A DNA stretch of 42,971 bases. Origin: Bigelowiella natans CCMP2755. Its lineage: Eukaryota; Protista; Cercozoa. The stretch covers positions 1 to 42,971 of the forward strand of contig ADNK01002252.1 of the NCBI GenBank assembly GCA_000320545.1, in the 5' to 3' direction. Numbering within the stretch: the stretch's first letter is position 1; each line of letters starts with the position of its first letter. Below are positions 13,753 to 27,556 of this stretch, piece after piece. Position numbers and translations under genes: made by a program. The notes beneath the pieces are model-generated. The model did no database searches, had not been told where the DNA came from, and was given only the letters and a program-made list of their open reading frames with translations.

Positions 13753-14615
13753 TTAAGATTTTGCGCCAGCTTCCGTCGATGCCTCCAACTCTTTCGCCGC
13801 TTCCTTGAAATCGGGGGTGAGGGAGAAATTCTCGTGAAGAGTTTTACGCATGGCCTCTATTTTATCTGCAGGGAGTTTCAGCGTCTTGACAAATGCGAAT
13901 GCCTCCACAGACGCTCCCAGATCCATCGCACACTCGGCGAATTTTCCTTCGTGAATTGCCTCGTAGGCTTTCTCGGCGCCTGCGTTGCACACAGGAAGAG
14001 ATCGTCAATTCCCACACCACTTCATTTCGCAACAATTTGACGGAAAGGGCAACGAAGAAACTTCGTACGATGGAATCTCGTGGATTCTTTAATAAGCTAA
14101 ACGCTGAGCTGCGTCATAATTATAACCATAATAATAATAACTATTATTATTATAATCATCCTATATCACCATCGCTTCTACCTTGTCCAAGGAGGACCCG
14201 ACATTTAGCCGCAACAGTCCTGTGGCGCAGGGACGCAAGATTTGCTTTAAGGTAGCTGTCATTGAATGCTGCGAGATCATCGGACGATTTTGGGATCCTG
14301 ATTGGAGTTAATACGCGTGTGTGATATGCGTGTATGCGTGTATGCGAGCGCGTGTGCCGGATAAATTATCATCATATAATAAGTCCCCTCCCTCCCCCCT
14401 TCTTGTCACCACTATCATGTGAAATACTACTGTGGCATATCCTCCGTCTCCAAGTTGATGATCTTGACCACGGTAGGATGGATATCCTTCTCCTAAACGG
14501 CAGAGAAGCACGGGGAGGGGGGGGGGAGGGTATGAGGGGGGAGTCCTAGCATCTCCGCTATAGACATACATGTTCAACTGTGCCCGTCGTCTTTCTATCT
14601 CGAGCTACTACACTA

Positions 14616-14656
<41 letters not shown>

Positions 14657-14748
14657 CACCTCTTTCAATGCCTTGCCGAGAAGAATGCTATGGTAGTGGA
14701 CCTCAGGAGGAGGGGGGGAAGCGCTCGATGCCAGCTTCAACGTTCTAC

Positions 14749-14781
<33 letters not shown>

Positions 14782-15102
14782 GGTGTTCACCAAATGTACT
14801 TCATTAACGACAAGAATTAAAAAAGAGGGGGGGGGGGATACAAGAATATTCCAAAATTAGTAGCAAGAGATTACTACTCTTCCTCCCATTAATAGTAACA
14901 CAATAATCATACACTTTCAGCAGCCGCCACTACTGCCAAGCAATCAGCACACGTATCTGCCAAAAACTCATCTACCTCTTGATGGCCTGCAGCAACAGCA
15001 AATAGCGCTTCTTCCTCGAATACACCTTCATATTTGTTGGGTGTCGTATAAATGTGAGAGCGAGCGTCTGTCTGCAATGCCAATGCATGTACAACGTGTA
15101 CC

Positions 15103-15147
<45 letters not shown>

Positions 15148-15988
15148 GTGAGACAACGACGATCACGACGACGATGATGGCGCGTTATTGCGGAACAGCG
15201 GGCCATCATATGTGTGTGTGTGTGTGTGTGTGTGGGTATTATATATATATCATCTGTGTTTCTACTTACTGACTACTACTACTGCTGCTACTGTTATATA
15301 CCTCCAGGGCACAGAGATGGGATTGCACTTGATTCGGGGCGTAGCGTTGCATCTGTTTGACCATCTTCGTGGCCTCTCCTAGAGGGTCCTGGGCCTCGGC
15401 ATACTTGCCCCCATCTGGGATCGACTCCTTGAGCGAATTGGCTTTGGTTGCCTCCGAGGAGGCGGTCGCGCTCTGCGAAGCCTTCTCAGGGTCAAGATAG
15501 GTAGGTAGGTTGATAGGAAGATCGATCGATTAATCGATGGAAGAAGTCGAAGAAGATGGGCGATGAGGGGAGAGGAGAAGAGGGGGGGGGGGGGGGGGGG
15601 AAGAGGGGAAAGGAATATTGATTGATTTAGCAGAACGATCATGTCTTGCATCAAAGGCCATCCCTTTCCTCACGTCTTCTGCCTTCTTCTTATTTTTCCT
15701 CCTCCTCTTCTTCTTTCTTTCCTCTCGTTGTTGCTTCATCCTGTTGTTCTTGTGGTGTGGACGACCTCTTTCGACTTCTGTGCCTCCAGCTCAGCCCTCT
15801 TCTTCGCCTCCGCCTCCTCCTTGTGATTGGGATAGGGATAGTGATAGTGGATAGTGATAGGTCAGGAGACGACGACGATGATGATGATGATGGTGGTGGT
15901 GGTGGTGGTGGTGGGAGGCGCAGGAAGAGAAGGAGAAGACGGAGGACGATGGCTATCACTCTTTCTCACTTTATCTCTCTCTCTCCCT

Positions 15989-16054
<66 letters not shown>

Positions 16055-16442
16055 TACCTCTCGCACCCTACCCCATCTCCATCTGTTTATATCTCTCTGA
16101 CGTTCGATATCTTCTCAGTAGTTCTGGCTACAACAGCAGTGGCGGTCGTGAGCAGTGCTCGTAGTACCTTCTTCTTCGCTTTAGCAGCGAGGCGTTTCTG
16201 GCGCTTCTTGATGGCTCTGCGCTCCTTGGCTGTGAGCTTGCTAAGGTCCGCCTCGCCGTTGCCAGCACCTGCTGCCTCCTCTCTCTTTGGCTTGTCGTAC
16301 AGCGTAACAAAAACCTTGATGATCTCGCTCGCGGCCTTGAGGAAGAACCTGTGCCCCCTGAGGTTCTCTTGGTACTTGAGCATGTCCACGTATGCGCGAA
16401 GCGTTGTCTTCCTGAGACACCACCTGAATGTATACAAATATA

Positions 16443-16482
<40 letters not shown>

Positions 16483-18423
16483 TGCTGTGTTGTTTTGATT
16501 ATGTCGCGGCGTGCTGCTGCTGCTGCTGCTGCGAAGAAATGGAAGGAATTCGATGGGTGAACGATGATGATGACGACGACGACGACGATGATGATGATGG
16601 TCTGAGTTGTGACTGGGGGATAACTCTCTCTGCCAGAGTGTAAGGCAGAGCGTCGTGTTCATTACACAGGTCAGCCTCATCAGATGCACAAGAGGCCGCC
16701 CCCTTATTGTTGTTTCGCACTTTGCTCACTGCTACTGCTACTGCTGCTGTTGCTGACTACTCTACTAGCTGTGACGACGTATGTATTACGTGTGGAAGTC
16801 GAACTGATCCTCGGAAATGTCTTCGAAATGCTTCTCCACGGAATACAATCTAAACACAAGAAGAACAAGAAGAAGAAGAAGGAGGAGGAGGACAAGCCAC
16901 AAGAACAGCACCAATGAGATAAAGATAGAGAAGGGAGGCGCTGACATCTTCGGAGACTGTCTGAAGGAACCGATGTTTGTATCTTCGCTGATTGTCTACT
17001 ACGTTTTCCCCATTTAATAAAAAACCGACCCCACGAAGTGCCCCGACCCCCTACATCCATCATCTAGAGAAATATCAAGAAATGGACTCGTCGCCTCCAT
17101 CGAGAGGGGCAACACACACACACACACACACACACATACACACACGCATATACGAACACACCGACGTCCCCGTTGTCGCAGCTAACTAATGCTGGGCGGT
17201 TCTACTACTTCGTTAGAGCTTTTGCGTAGTTCCCGAGCTTAAGCTGACTCATCCCGTACGAGAGCTCATACCTTCGAGAAAGAGAGGGTGAAACCGAAGA
17301 ATATAAGCAGCATTATCATGGATCTTTTATAGAAAGAAGAATGTTCACATTTGGGTATTTCATTTCATGCTGAAAGCAACAATCGTATCTGCCCTGACAG
17401 CCATGAGTGCTTTCGGTTATATATAGTACTCGTTTTATCGTATACTGCTTTGGTGTTCTTATTATTCATGTTGTGGGTGTGTGCACACGCGTCGTCTTGT
17501 TTTCGTTCCTACATACCACATAGCTTGCATTTCGAAGAGGCTGTCTAACGTGTCGGAATCCCGTAGGAAGAGCTTCACAATCCTCTCTCCGTCCTCCACC
17601 TAATATATATCATCATCAGTCATTATAGTCATCGTTATCATCGTTTTTATTAACAACTATCATCATCATTCTTCCGCTCCTTCTTTCCTCCTCCTCCTCC
17701 TCCTCCTCCTCCTCCTCCTCCTCCTCCCTCATCTATCCTCCCACACAGATTTTAAAGAAGGTAGAAGCAGACGGTAGTAATAGTAGTAGTAGAAGTAGTA
17801 GTAGTAGTAGTAGCGAATAATACAGAGAATGAGGCTACCTTCCCAGCTCTGAAAGCGTATCGTACGCACTTGGTATTGAGGTACCTGGTTGTTGTTGTTG
17901 TTGGAAACAGGATGGTGACGACGACGATGAGGAATAATAATATCACCACCACCACCACCACCACCATCATCAATCATCATCATCATCATCATCATCATCA
18001 TTATCATGACCATCATCACTACTGCCGTTGCTACTGCCGCTGTTACCTATCCGCGAGATCCAGCTCCCTAGCGTAGTTGAGAATGTCGTATGCCTTTTGG
18101 AAGTCCCTCTGGTGCTTGAAGGTCCGCGCCCTCAGCACGTGGAGGTCTATGGCCGTCGGCGTGTGCTCAATCCCCTCGTCGAGGAGCTTCAGGGCCTCCA
18201 TCGGTCTGCCCAGGAACTCGTGGTGGCTGGCGAGGAAGTACAGCACCCAGACGAAGACGTTGGGGGTCTCGGAGTCGACCTCGTCGCTGGGCGAGAAGCG
18301 CCTGTCTTTCTTGAGGTTTTCGTAGTACGATTTGACGGTCTCCTCGATCGTCTTTACCTTCTCCTTGTCGCCGTAGCTGGGTATACATTCGCAACACAGA
18401 CATACACGCGTATATGTACGTAC

Positions 18424-18467
<44 letters not shown>

Positions 18468-21400
18468 TATATCTTCCCATTCGCCCCCGTCTGCACATAT
18501 GCTTTTCTTCATCATCACCATCATCACCATCTTCTTCTTCTTTTCTGTGAGCGGTACACTACTCCTCCTCCTCCTCCTCCTCCTCCTCCTACTACTACTA
18601 CTACTACTACTGCTACTGCTACTGCTGCCACTCACAGCGACTTGAGGTCCCGGAAGAGAGATGGTACTCCTTTCCGCAGCTTAGGCCTCATGTACTCATC
18701 GACGCGCTCGGAAAATGCCTTGCCGGTGGTGAACGTCAGGGGAAACCGTTTCGCATAGCTACAGTACTTCCACTTGGCTGATGATGAGGACGATGTAGAA
18801 TATGAAGATGATAATGAAGACAATGAAATAACGATGTTTACTGTGATCATCAATTTTGCTAGTGTGGTGGTCTGTGCTGTGCTCACTACCCTTGAAGTCG
18901 TCGTACATCTCGCATAAGCTTTTGGTCTGCTCCTAGAATAGACAAGCGACAGTAAGAGAAGAAGTTTGCGGGGGGCGGCGGGGGGGGGGATGATTGGACC
19001 TCATCGCACCCAATCTCCATACATATAAGTATGTTAACCGCTGACTCCGCTTAACTTGCTTGGAAATTGTTTACTGCGCCAAGACCACCACCATCTCCCC
19101 CCCCCCACTAAAATCTACCACTAACCTCTGTCCATTTGCCGTCCTTCGAGGGGGAGAGGCCAAGGGATTCCTGGAGACCTGTATGATAGGCCTTGTTCTC
19201 GTTGTTGACCTCCAGCAGCTTACGATATACAGCCTCCGCTGCGGCCTTTTGTCCAAGCTTGATCTGAATTCTTGCACGCGTTTGCCTGGTGGTGGAGGAA
19301 ATATGAGGTGTATTATCACTGTGCTTTCTCCCCCCCCCTCTCCTCTCTCTGTGTCTCTCTCTCTGAAATTATACCATCGTGTGCTTGTATGTGTGTGGTA
19401 TGTGAAAAACGCGTCGGGTTTTCGGGACTGGGGGTGATCGTAATCTAGCATGATTAGCGTGTGACAATTGGTCGTACATGCGCAAGGATAGATGAGGAGA
19501 GACGACGACGGCAGCGACGAAGATGATGATGACGACGATGATAAGCATACCAGACATACTGCTTGTCCAGAGCGTCAGCTTCAATCTTTTTAAGATTCGC
19601 GAGAGCTCCCTAACATTATGCCAACAAAAACCGCTCGTCGTCAGAATTGCAGTATATCAGTAAAAACGAGCGGCGCAATTGGTAATCTCGAGGAATGTAC
19701 CTGCCCGCCCCTTATCCCCCCTCTCTCAGACTATAACTACTCACACGACTATCCTCTCTCTCTCTCTCTCTCTCACTGACTTTTAAATCCCCCGACTCTT
19801 CAATGATGCGATTTCGATACAGAAACATCTCGCTATCCTGGTAGTCCCAGACCTGAAGCACGCACGCACACCATGGGGTGGGGGGTCAACAAAGGCGACG
19901 ATATACATTCAGCAGCGTGTGCATTTATCCACAAAAGAACCGCGGACTAGGTAGAGAAGAAGTGAAAGCACGCATGTCTTCTGTCTGACCCTTGATGTGA
20001 TCCTCGTTCTAATCATTTGTTTTGTACAGTTGGTTGGCTTTGCTACCTTATCCTTATCAAGGGTCTTGATGAACGTATCGAGGATATGCAAACACTTCTG
20101 GTGGTCGCCGCACATGTGATTCCCAACTGCGTACGCGATCCAGTTAATCCTCTAGAGGGGGGGGGGGGGGGGGGGAGAGGTTGAGACAGAGACAGACGAT
20201 GAGCAATCTGTCAGCAAAATGCCGTTTAAAGCGCTCTTCTCCCTCCAATAATACCTGGTCAGATTTAAGGACGAGGATTCTACGCCGCGTTTCCTGAAAT
20301 CCATCGTAGACTCCTCTTTGAATTTGTAGCAGTGATAGGTCCTGAGAACACAGCATCAAGCATGGTGTTAATGATGCCTGTTAATGATGTCTCCCCCCTC
20401 GCCGTCCAATGTTGATAAAAAGGACAAGACCTTCAGGATAAGGAGGTTATCTTTATCCCATTTCAGTGCCATCGTGTAGCTCTTAATCGCGTCTTCGTAC
20501 CTATGAAAATATAAAGTAAATGGAAGTGGGAGGGGGGGAGGGGGGGGAGAAAACTCTAAGTTCATCTGAAATAGAAAATATTCTGAAATCTAATCGATGA
20601 GTCGGATAGTCGTACTTCCTGTCAGATCGATGGATAAGGCCGTACACGTGCCAACACACATGCGACTTGAAGTTCGCTTTCAGTCCCTTTTGTGCGTATT
20701 CGACAGCCTCTTTCTTCCTGCGTGATTAGAGAGGAAATGCTGTGTGTGAGATGCTTGTAAGAGGGAGCGAAAGTAATACACTGACAGTAATTATTATAAG
20801 AATAAAATACCGTTTGAGACAGTTTAAGATCAGCCCCTTCATCGCCAGGGTTTCTAAAATCATTATCCGTAAATTAGTTTCTTATTTTTTTGGGATGTTT
20901 GCACAGGCCTGTATGACTCCGCCATGTTTGAGGAGACCACACACACCACTGCACGGTAGTGATAGCGATAGCATTGAAAACGTAATCGAGATAGTCATAC
21001 CTCCATGGTTTGAGTGTTTTTTCAAGATCTGGTCCGCATTTCGCAGTCCCTTCTTGTATTGCTTCTGCTCGTAGCATTTCTGTGGAGAGAAGGTATTAGT
21101 ACAATCCGTGAAGAAATCGGTCGAACAGCCCTAGTACAGCCGGGGACACATATCGCAAGCACGCCCCGCGTTCCGGTGATTAATCGAATATAAATTTGTT
21201 ACAATTACATTGAACGTTCAACTGAAATATGCTAGACTCTCTCCATGCTACCGTGCTATTTATAACACAACATTGTTCTATCGCTCTCATCTCCCTTCAT
21301 TTTCCAGGCGAACGAACCCCAGTTAAGCGCGCATGCATGCATGATGCAAGTCTCTTGTCTCTGCAGCGCAGTGGCGGTGTGCACATATCGTTTTCTCTTC

Positions 21401-21508
21401 AATCCCAAACTTAATGCGGAGAATCAAATGTGTAAAATTCAAGAGATTGATAACCATGACGGTCTTGAAGACGCCCTGCTCCCTCTTGGGAAGCTCCTGC
21501 GTTTTCAT
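13753..21508 (-). CDS. NAA15: N-alpha-acetyltransferase 15/16, NatA auxiliary subunit (TPR + NARG1), many exons
   Basis: [18 protein letters not shown]|[26 protein letters not shown]|[13 protein letters not shown]...[15 protein letters not shown]...[23 protein letters not shown]|DLSLLQIQR...[15 protein letters not shown]...[20 protein letters not shown]...ARELDLADR|[14 protein letters not shown]...[31 protein letters not shown]. Last exon ends EAGAKS* at 13753. Confidence 0.95.
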
Positions 21509-22345
21509 CGCAATTTCGAGATGATCCTAGCCGATCAGCCGTGTAATTTCGCTTCTGGATAAATGTGCAACAAGCGCAAGGTTCTTCTCCCTTATCTATG
21601 ACCCAATAGCCCCCTTGGAACAGAAACTGCAAAGAAACGCGCTCTGTCGTTGCCACCGCACTTCCCTGACGGCGCTCTCGACGTGTTTAGGTTCGAAATT
21701 CAATTCAGATCAGGAGCAATCAGAGCTTCTCGTCGCTGCATGGTGATCGTCATAAAATTCCATCTAAATGTCAATATTTTCATGTCGCATGAAGTTAATA
21801 CACCCTTTTGGTATCCCTTCGCTGCTCCAACACAAGTTGAATCCTTGGTCTGCGTGAAATGGGGTTGGACCCGAGAGCGGCCTTCTGAAATGTAAATCTG
21901 TGATAATTACAGGTAGTTCTACGAAATTGTGGAACGAATTTGAAGTCGTAGATGTCAAATCAAAACGTATTCGCAAGCGCATGCTCTCTCTAGTGCTGTC
22001 TAAGGGCGACGTACAAAAAATCCCTGGCGAGTCCAGTCGGGGCTAATCCTTCTACGACAAAAAAAAAAGTGTGTCGCTAGAAATAATCAAAGTACATTCA
22101 TGAACGATTTTCAGCGCTGCTTGACCTGCTTCGATTTCCAGCCTAAGAATTTTAATAGTTGATATAAAATTATCCATATTTACCGGTAAAAGTTGAATTT
22201 TAGATGTCGCATAGATAGATTATAATATGTATTAATATTTCCGATCTGCGAAGATAGACAGCGGAGGCCTTACTTCTAGTTCTGCTCCTGCAGCCCCCCA
22301 CCTGAACGAACGCAGGAGGATTAGGATTTCTATTTCGTCTGGACT

Positions 22346-23096
22346 ATGTCAGAAGAAGTCCCTGCTTTTCGCAAAGGTAAGAAACTTCTACATATATCTA
22401 GTTGAGTTCTATATTATTTCTTGGAGGTTCTAAGAAGGGATGGTTTTTACCTGGACATCAAATCTTATTCCATGACCACGGGTTACGGTTGGGGGAGAGA
22501 TAGCAAAAGACACTGCATTTTAAGATTGTAAAAGGGGATGAATGGACAATTTTAGCTAAATTGTGAGTATGGGAAGAACCTGGCTTGTGTTTAGTGGACT
22601 AAGTTAATGATACTGTTGCTTTACGTGGTCCCATGGATGCGCAATTTGCAAGTTTGTTGCCCTACTTTTCAAACTATATGATTGGCCCATTGGAATTATT
22701 CTTCGCCAAATTTAATATCCCTGTGAAATGGAATAATTTCTAAAATATTTATCTTCTATCCAGTCTCGCTCAAGGAGCTTGAGGACAACCGTATCGATTT
22801 CCGCTTCCGTGATGAATGTGCTCACATCCTCATTCCTCTGAACGCGTGCCGTCGTCGAACTGGATTTAGTGTGCTGAAGTGTGTTGATTTGAGGCATGCG
22901 TATGAAGCTTGTCAATACGAAAGGTAAAAATAGAACGTAGGTAGACCTCTGACAGATATAGGCGCATATTTTGTTTCTTTTTCGAAAGTGAACTCTGTAT
23001 TTCACAATTGTTGACGATGGGTTTCTGTTATTGTGGAAAATTAGATACAAACAAAGGGTAAAGGCTAGAATGGATGCGAAGGCTAAAGCACTTTAG
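22346..23096 (+). CDS. NDUFB7: NADH:ubiquinone oxidoreductase subunit B7 (B18)
   Basis: Exon 22764-22923 reads SLKELEDNRIDFRFRDECAHILIPLNACRRRTGFSVLKCVDLRHAYEACQYE (RDxCAH-x-LIPLNxCR...C..RHxYExCQY, twin CX9C), then YKQRVKARMDAKAKAL*. Upstream exons MSEEVPAFRK|VNDTVALRGPMDAQFA are inferred. Not present in the ORF track. Confidence 0.9.
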
Positions 23097-23164
23097 ACCA
23101 GCTTTCTTCTTACGAACAACATTATTTGGATACTGCTGCTGTTAAAATAAACCTAACAGTAAGC

Positions 23165-23810
23165 AGACTGCACCATCTCTAGATCTACATATTGCATGGA
23201 TGATGCCAACTGCCTATTCGAAACGGTTTGTACTTATGCTATGCGCGCGATTCCAGCCAAATGCAATGCGAAAGCTTTAGTGCAAATACAATTTTTGACG
23301 CTAACCACAACGCTGAACGCTGGCTTTATAGCTAGCAGTTTAGGGCCATGTCGTATACGTACGCTGCTAGTAAGGCTGCTGGTGCGCGCAGCAGCGCCAT
23401 ATTGTAACTATTGTGGGTACGTAGGCTAGCAGGGTGCGTGCGACCGCACAACACAATGAGCAAAAAACAAGCTGCTGACGTGCAATGCTAGAATGGACAC
23501 ATCCAGCATGCATGCACTGTAGAAGTCATGCTAGCATGTGCATGCGCTGCGTCGCATTCATGTTCTATTGCGATGCATAGACAGTGCGTCGTGCAGAACC
23601 CTAGAACCAGGCACTGCGGCTGGCAACTACATGCTGCCAAGCATAAGCTAACATGTCCAAAGCTATTTACTGACCAATACCGAAATATCTATACTGTGAT
23701 TATATGATCGCTACATTGCGCCAAAAATGATAAGATCTGCTTAGCTCATCCGGTCGCACAAATGCCTATTGTTGTATTGTATAATTGAATAGCTAGCTGC
23801 TACAGCCCGC
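23165..23810. other. CTAG/TGCA/CATG-rich spacer block between convergent genes
   Basis: AATGCTAGAATG at 23484-23495; many GCTAGC, GCATGC and TGCA words. Confidence 0.55.
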
Positions 23811-23841
23811 TGTATCGATAAAGTTTTTGTCTTCTCCCTGA

Positions 23842-25646
23842 TCATCCGTTGCTCTCTCTTTCCACAACCCGAATCATTTTCAAAGTCCCAGCTGTATGTA
23901 TCGGATACCAACCGTGCAGCGCCATAAACTCAACCCAGGCCTATGTTATTCAAGATTAAAACAAGTGACTACGAAATGTTGAACGAAACATGTGATACCC
24001 CAGCCGCAACTCAGTTTTAAACATTTTTATTCGATCATTTGAGTTGCAGCATCCCTTGGCTACTATTAATCATTGAGCATAAAAAAAAATACGAGACTGA
24101 ATTCAACGCACACCTTCTTTGCTTCCGGACACTGCGTTTGTGAGTTATTTCCTGAGTATTAAAACACCTCAAAATCCAATCACCAATCTAAGTGAAAAAG
24201 CCCTTGTCATTTTTATAAGTGCTTGTTCTTACGTCTTTTTGGATGAAAGTCTGGGTAGTGTTGAGCGCAAGCTTCAGACTGGAGGATATAACAACAATTT
24301 CGGTGAACGCGACAAAGCCAACGGAAAGTAGGCTTCTTCAATTTTAAAACAAAATGCCAACAGAGAGGGCTTTTATTATGCGGTCGGAATAGGCAGTGCT
24401 AGAGTGTCTGTCCGGCAAAAAAAACAGCCTTTGGTGCTAAGTTTTGTTGCATGCCTCATGAAATGCGGCGGTATTGTCATTGAAGAATGGCAACCAAAAA
24501 TAGTGCTGCAAAGCTCAAACACCCACAACACGGAAATCGATCGAATCCATCCATCCGTGCACTCGAATAAGTTTCGGAATGAATTTTGTTTGGTTTGCAG
24601 ATAAACCTCCTTGAACTCCTCAAAAAGCGATTCTGGTAGCTGACGCTCATATGTCCGCACTTTCCCTTGAGATTAACACATTAGAAGTCATGAATGGATG
24701 AGGCGCTCTATTTTGCTGAAAGCGATGCTTGTGAGGAGAAGTCTACATAGTTCAAGCTGAGACATGCAGCCAACGCTATGATTGTCATCTTCTTTTGAGT
24801 AGTAGCGGGAAAATTTCCTTCTCACCCGTTTGGTTGATCCAGAAGCAGTACGGAGGGATGCGCTCCGTGATTGTAAACCTATGGTCGTCGCAGTATAGAG
24901 GACCGCGGCAAAGTAATGGACACAAGAAGGGAACAACGGCGTCGCTCCAATGAAGAATTTCTTTTGACGTCATCATTAGCGCACTATCTCTACATCATTG
25001 TTGTTGATGATCTTGTGGATGTACCACCACCACCATCACCACCATCCACAATCATCATCACTATCATTATCAGCATCATCATCATCGTCGTCGTCATCAT
25101 CATCATCTTCGGTGCTATCACCGACCCCAGTTTCAGATAGTTTTGCCCATCGGACCAGTCCATGCACGAGAACGTCACAATATCCTGAGCGTCATTTGTG
25201 ATTATGGCGGCGGATGGGGCAGCTGCATACTCGTATAGATCATGCTTACATCCAACGAAAAACCCCTTTCAGGATAAGAGGTTAATGAAGAGATAATTCA
25301 ATTTCATCCTCCTCCTAAATGCTACCCTACTGCTATTCCTACCTCCACGCGGGTATCCCTCTCGAAAGCCTGATAGAAAAACTAGCAATCAATCGTTGTT
25401 GGGCATAGCGAGGCAACCACCATGTTTTGATAAGGCAAGCAGGCGAATGACAGCAGGGATGGCGAACAAGTCAGCGGCAATACTGCCCCCCTCCCCACCG
25501 CTTCTCCGATTCTGCATTTTGTCACGCTTTAGAGAGACAAGCAGACAGCGGGTGATGACTTGGTATATAAACAACCGCAGGGGCGATAGCGGCGGCAGTG
25601 TTTAGCGAAGCAATATCAAACATTTGCCACACTCTCGTCTATCATT

Positions 25647-25682
<36 letters not shown>

Positions 25683-27278
25683 TTTTTCCTCTCCTCCTCC
25701 ACACCTTAATAAGTTTCGATAGCCCTCCCAGAATCGTATAGTCTTGGACGGTGCAATGCCGTATCATCTACCATACAAAGAGAGAGAGAGAGAGAGCAGC
25801 AATAATTCGTGAGTGCCTATGCTGGTGTGCTGAATGGCAAACACGGCGGAAGTCGCATTGTGTGGACATCGAAGAGTCTAGAGAGGGGCGGGCTGGCGGG
25901 GAGGAAGAGATCTGGAACGAACTAGTATGCAGGCAAAATATGCGCCATCTTTTCTTTGTTGATGTGTATATTGGGTCATCCTTCTCAATAATAATGCGCA
26001 CCTCGTGTGATCTAGAATCCTTCAAAGGTGGAAGCCCTGGAATATCCCGATCGAATCTAAAGAACAATGCCAGTACAGCCTCAGAGGAATAAGTAACTCG
26101 CTCTTCGCATACATGCACGTACGCATATGACATATGCAGTTTGCTGAATTAGTAGATTGTCACCGCCGTGTGAAACATACTACTCACTTTCTCATGCCAC
26201 TGAAGGATGCAATCGCTAGAAGCTGCTCTGAATATCGATGGTCATTGTCCGTTAAAACACACACACACACACACACGCACACACACCACCACCACCACCA
26301 TCACCATCATCGTCACCAGTAGCAGCAGCAGCAGAAGCAATAGTTCAATATCCATCATGAGAGCAAAGTCAGTATCTGTACGGATTACCCTCATTGTCGG
26401 CAATGGTTTTGTGTGTGCGCGCGCGCGCGCGTGTGTGTGTGCGGTGTTAGGTAAAAGAACAGTCATCTGACCGTCAAATGTTGACTTTTTCCGGTTGAAG
26501 AGCCCGTATCTAAGATGCGGTGAAACGAATCAAGTGAGCAGCATCTTCTTCGAAATTTTCTCTTTCTTCTTCTTCTCTTTCTTCTTCTTCTTCTTCTTCT
26601 TCTTCTTCTTCTTCTTCTTCTTCTTCTTCTTCTTTTTCTTCTTCTTTTTCTTCATAGTGAGAAGCACCCACTTATATCTAGCCCGCGTCGCAGCATTCAT
26701 GTGGTGCTTTTGAAGAAACTTCCTGAGGACGGTGTCATTCACCCTAATTTTTTAAATAATACAATATTGGTCGATGATCATTGCACGCGCTACCGTATCA
26801 TATTGCAGTGGCTAGAATCATCATTATCCTCATTAGCATCCCTCTCAGCGCAGATACTCTGCACGATAGGTGCTACAAGAGTGGGGTTGAAGGTGACGCG
26901 CGTGCGTTTGCATTTGTGTGTGTGCGTGAGGAGAAATAGAGAAAGAGGTATCGAGAATTGGTAGGTTTGTTGAAACCAACCGCTTCACGTCCAACGTCCG
27001 TGCGCCAACCCTCTGTGTTGCTCCTGTTATCGATCTCAGTCGCGATTTCACAAGCTCTTCATCAACGATCCATTGATCTTCCCAGACGTGTATTACTCGG
27101 CGGCTAATGTGTTGGTGGTGCTGCTGCTGCTGCCGATGGTCGTTATTTTTATCCTCTTGAAACAGAACTCCGGGGGCAGATCGCTGTATGAGAGTTTTAC
27201 AACAGTGATAGCACCGTGAGTACAGATCAACGGATTCCACGCTAAAAAAATCAACAGAAAAGAAAGTTAAAAACCACT

Positions 27279-27334
<56 letters not shown>

Positions 27335-27460
27335 GAATGTACACAGAGAGAGAGAGGGGGGGGAGAGTCACCATTGCTTTGGTAAGAACAGCTGACAAAT
27401 TGAAACTGAAGTCGATATCCTCGACTCTGATTTCCAATCATTTCCATTGGAATGATGACA

Positions 27461-27501
<41 letters not shown>

Positions 27502-27508
27502 ACACACA

Positions 27509-27556
<48 letters not shown>

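Noticed and set aside
15600-18760. Numerous overlapping ORFs rich in poly-S/P/H/Y/R/L
   Set aside because: Translations of trinucleotide and dinucleotide microsatellites, or antisense frames of NAA15 exons.
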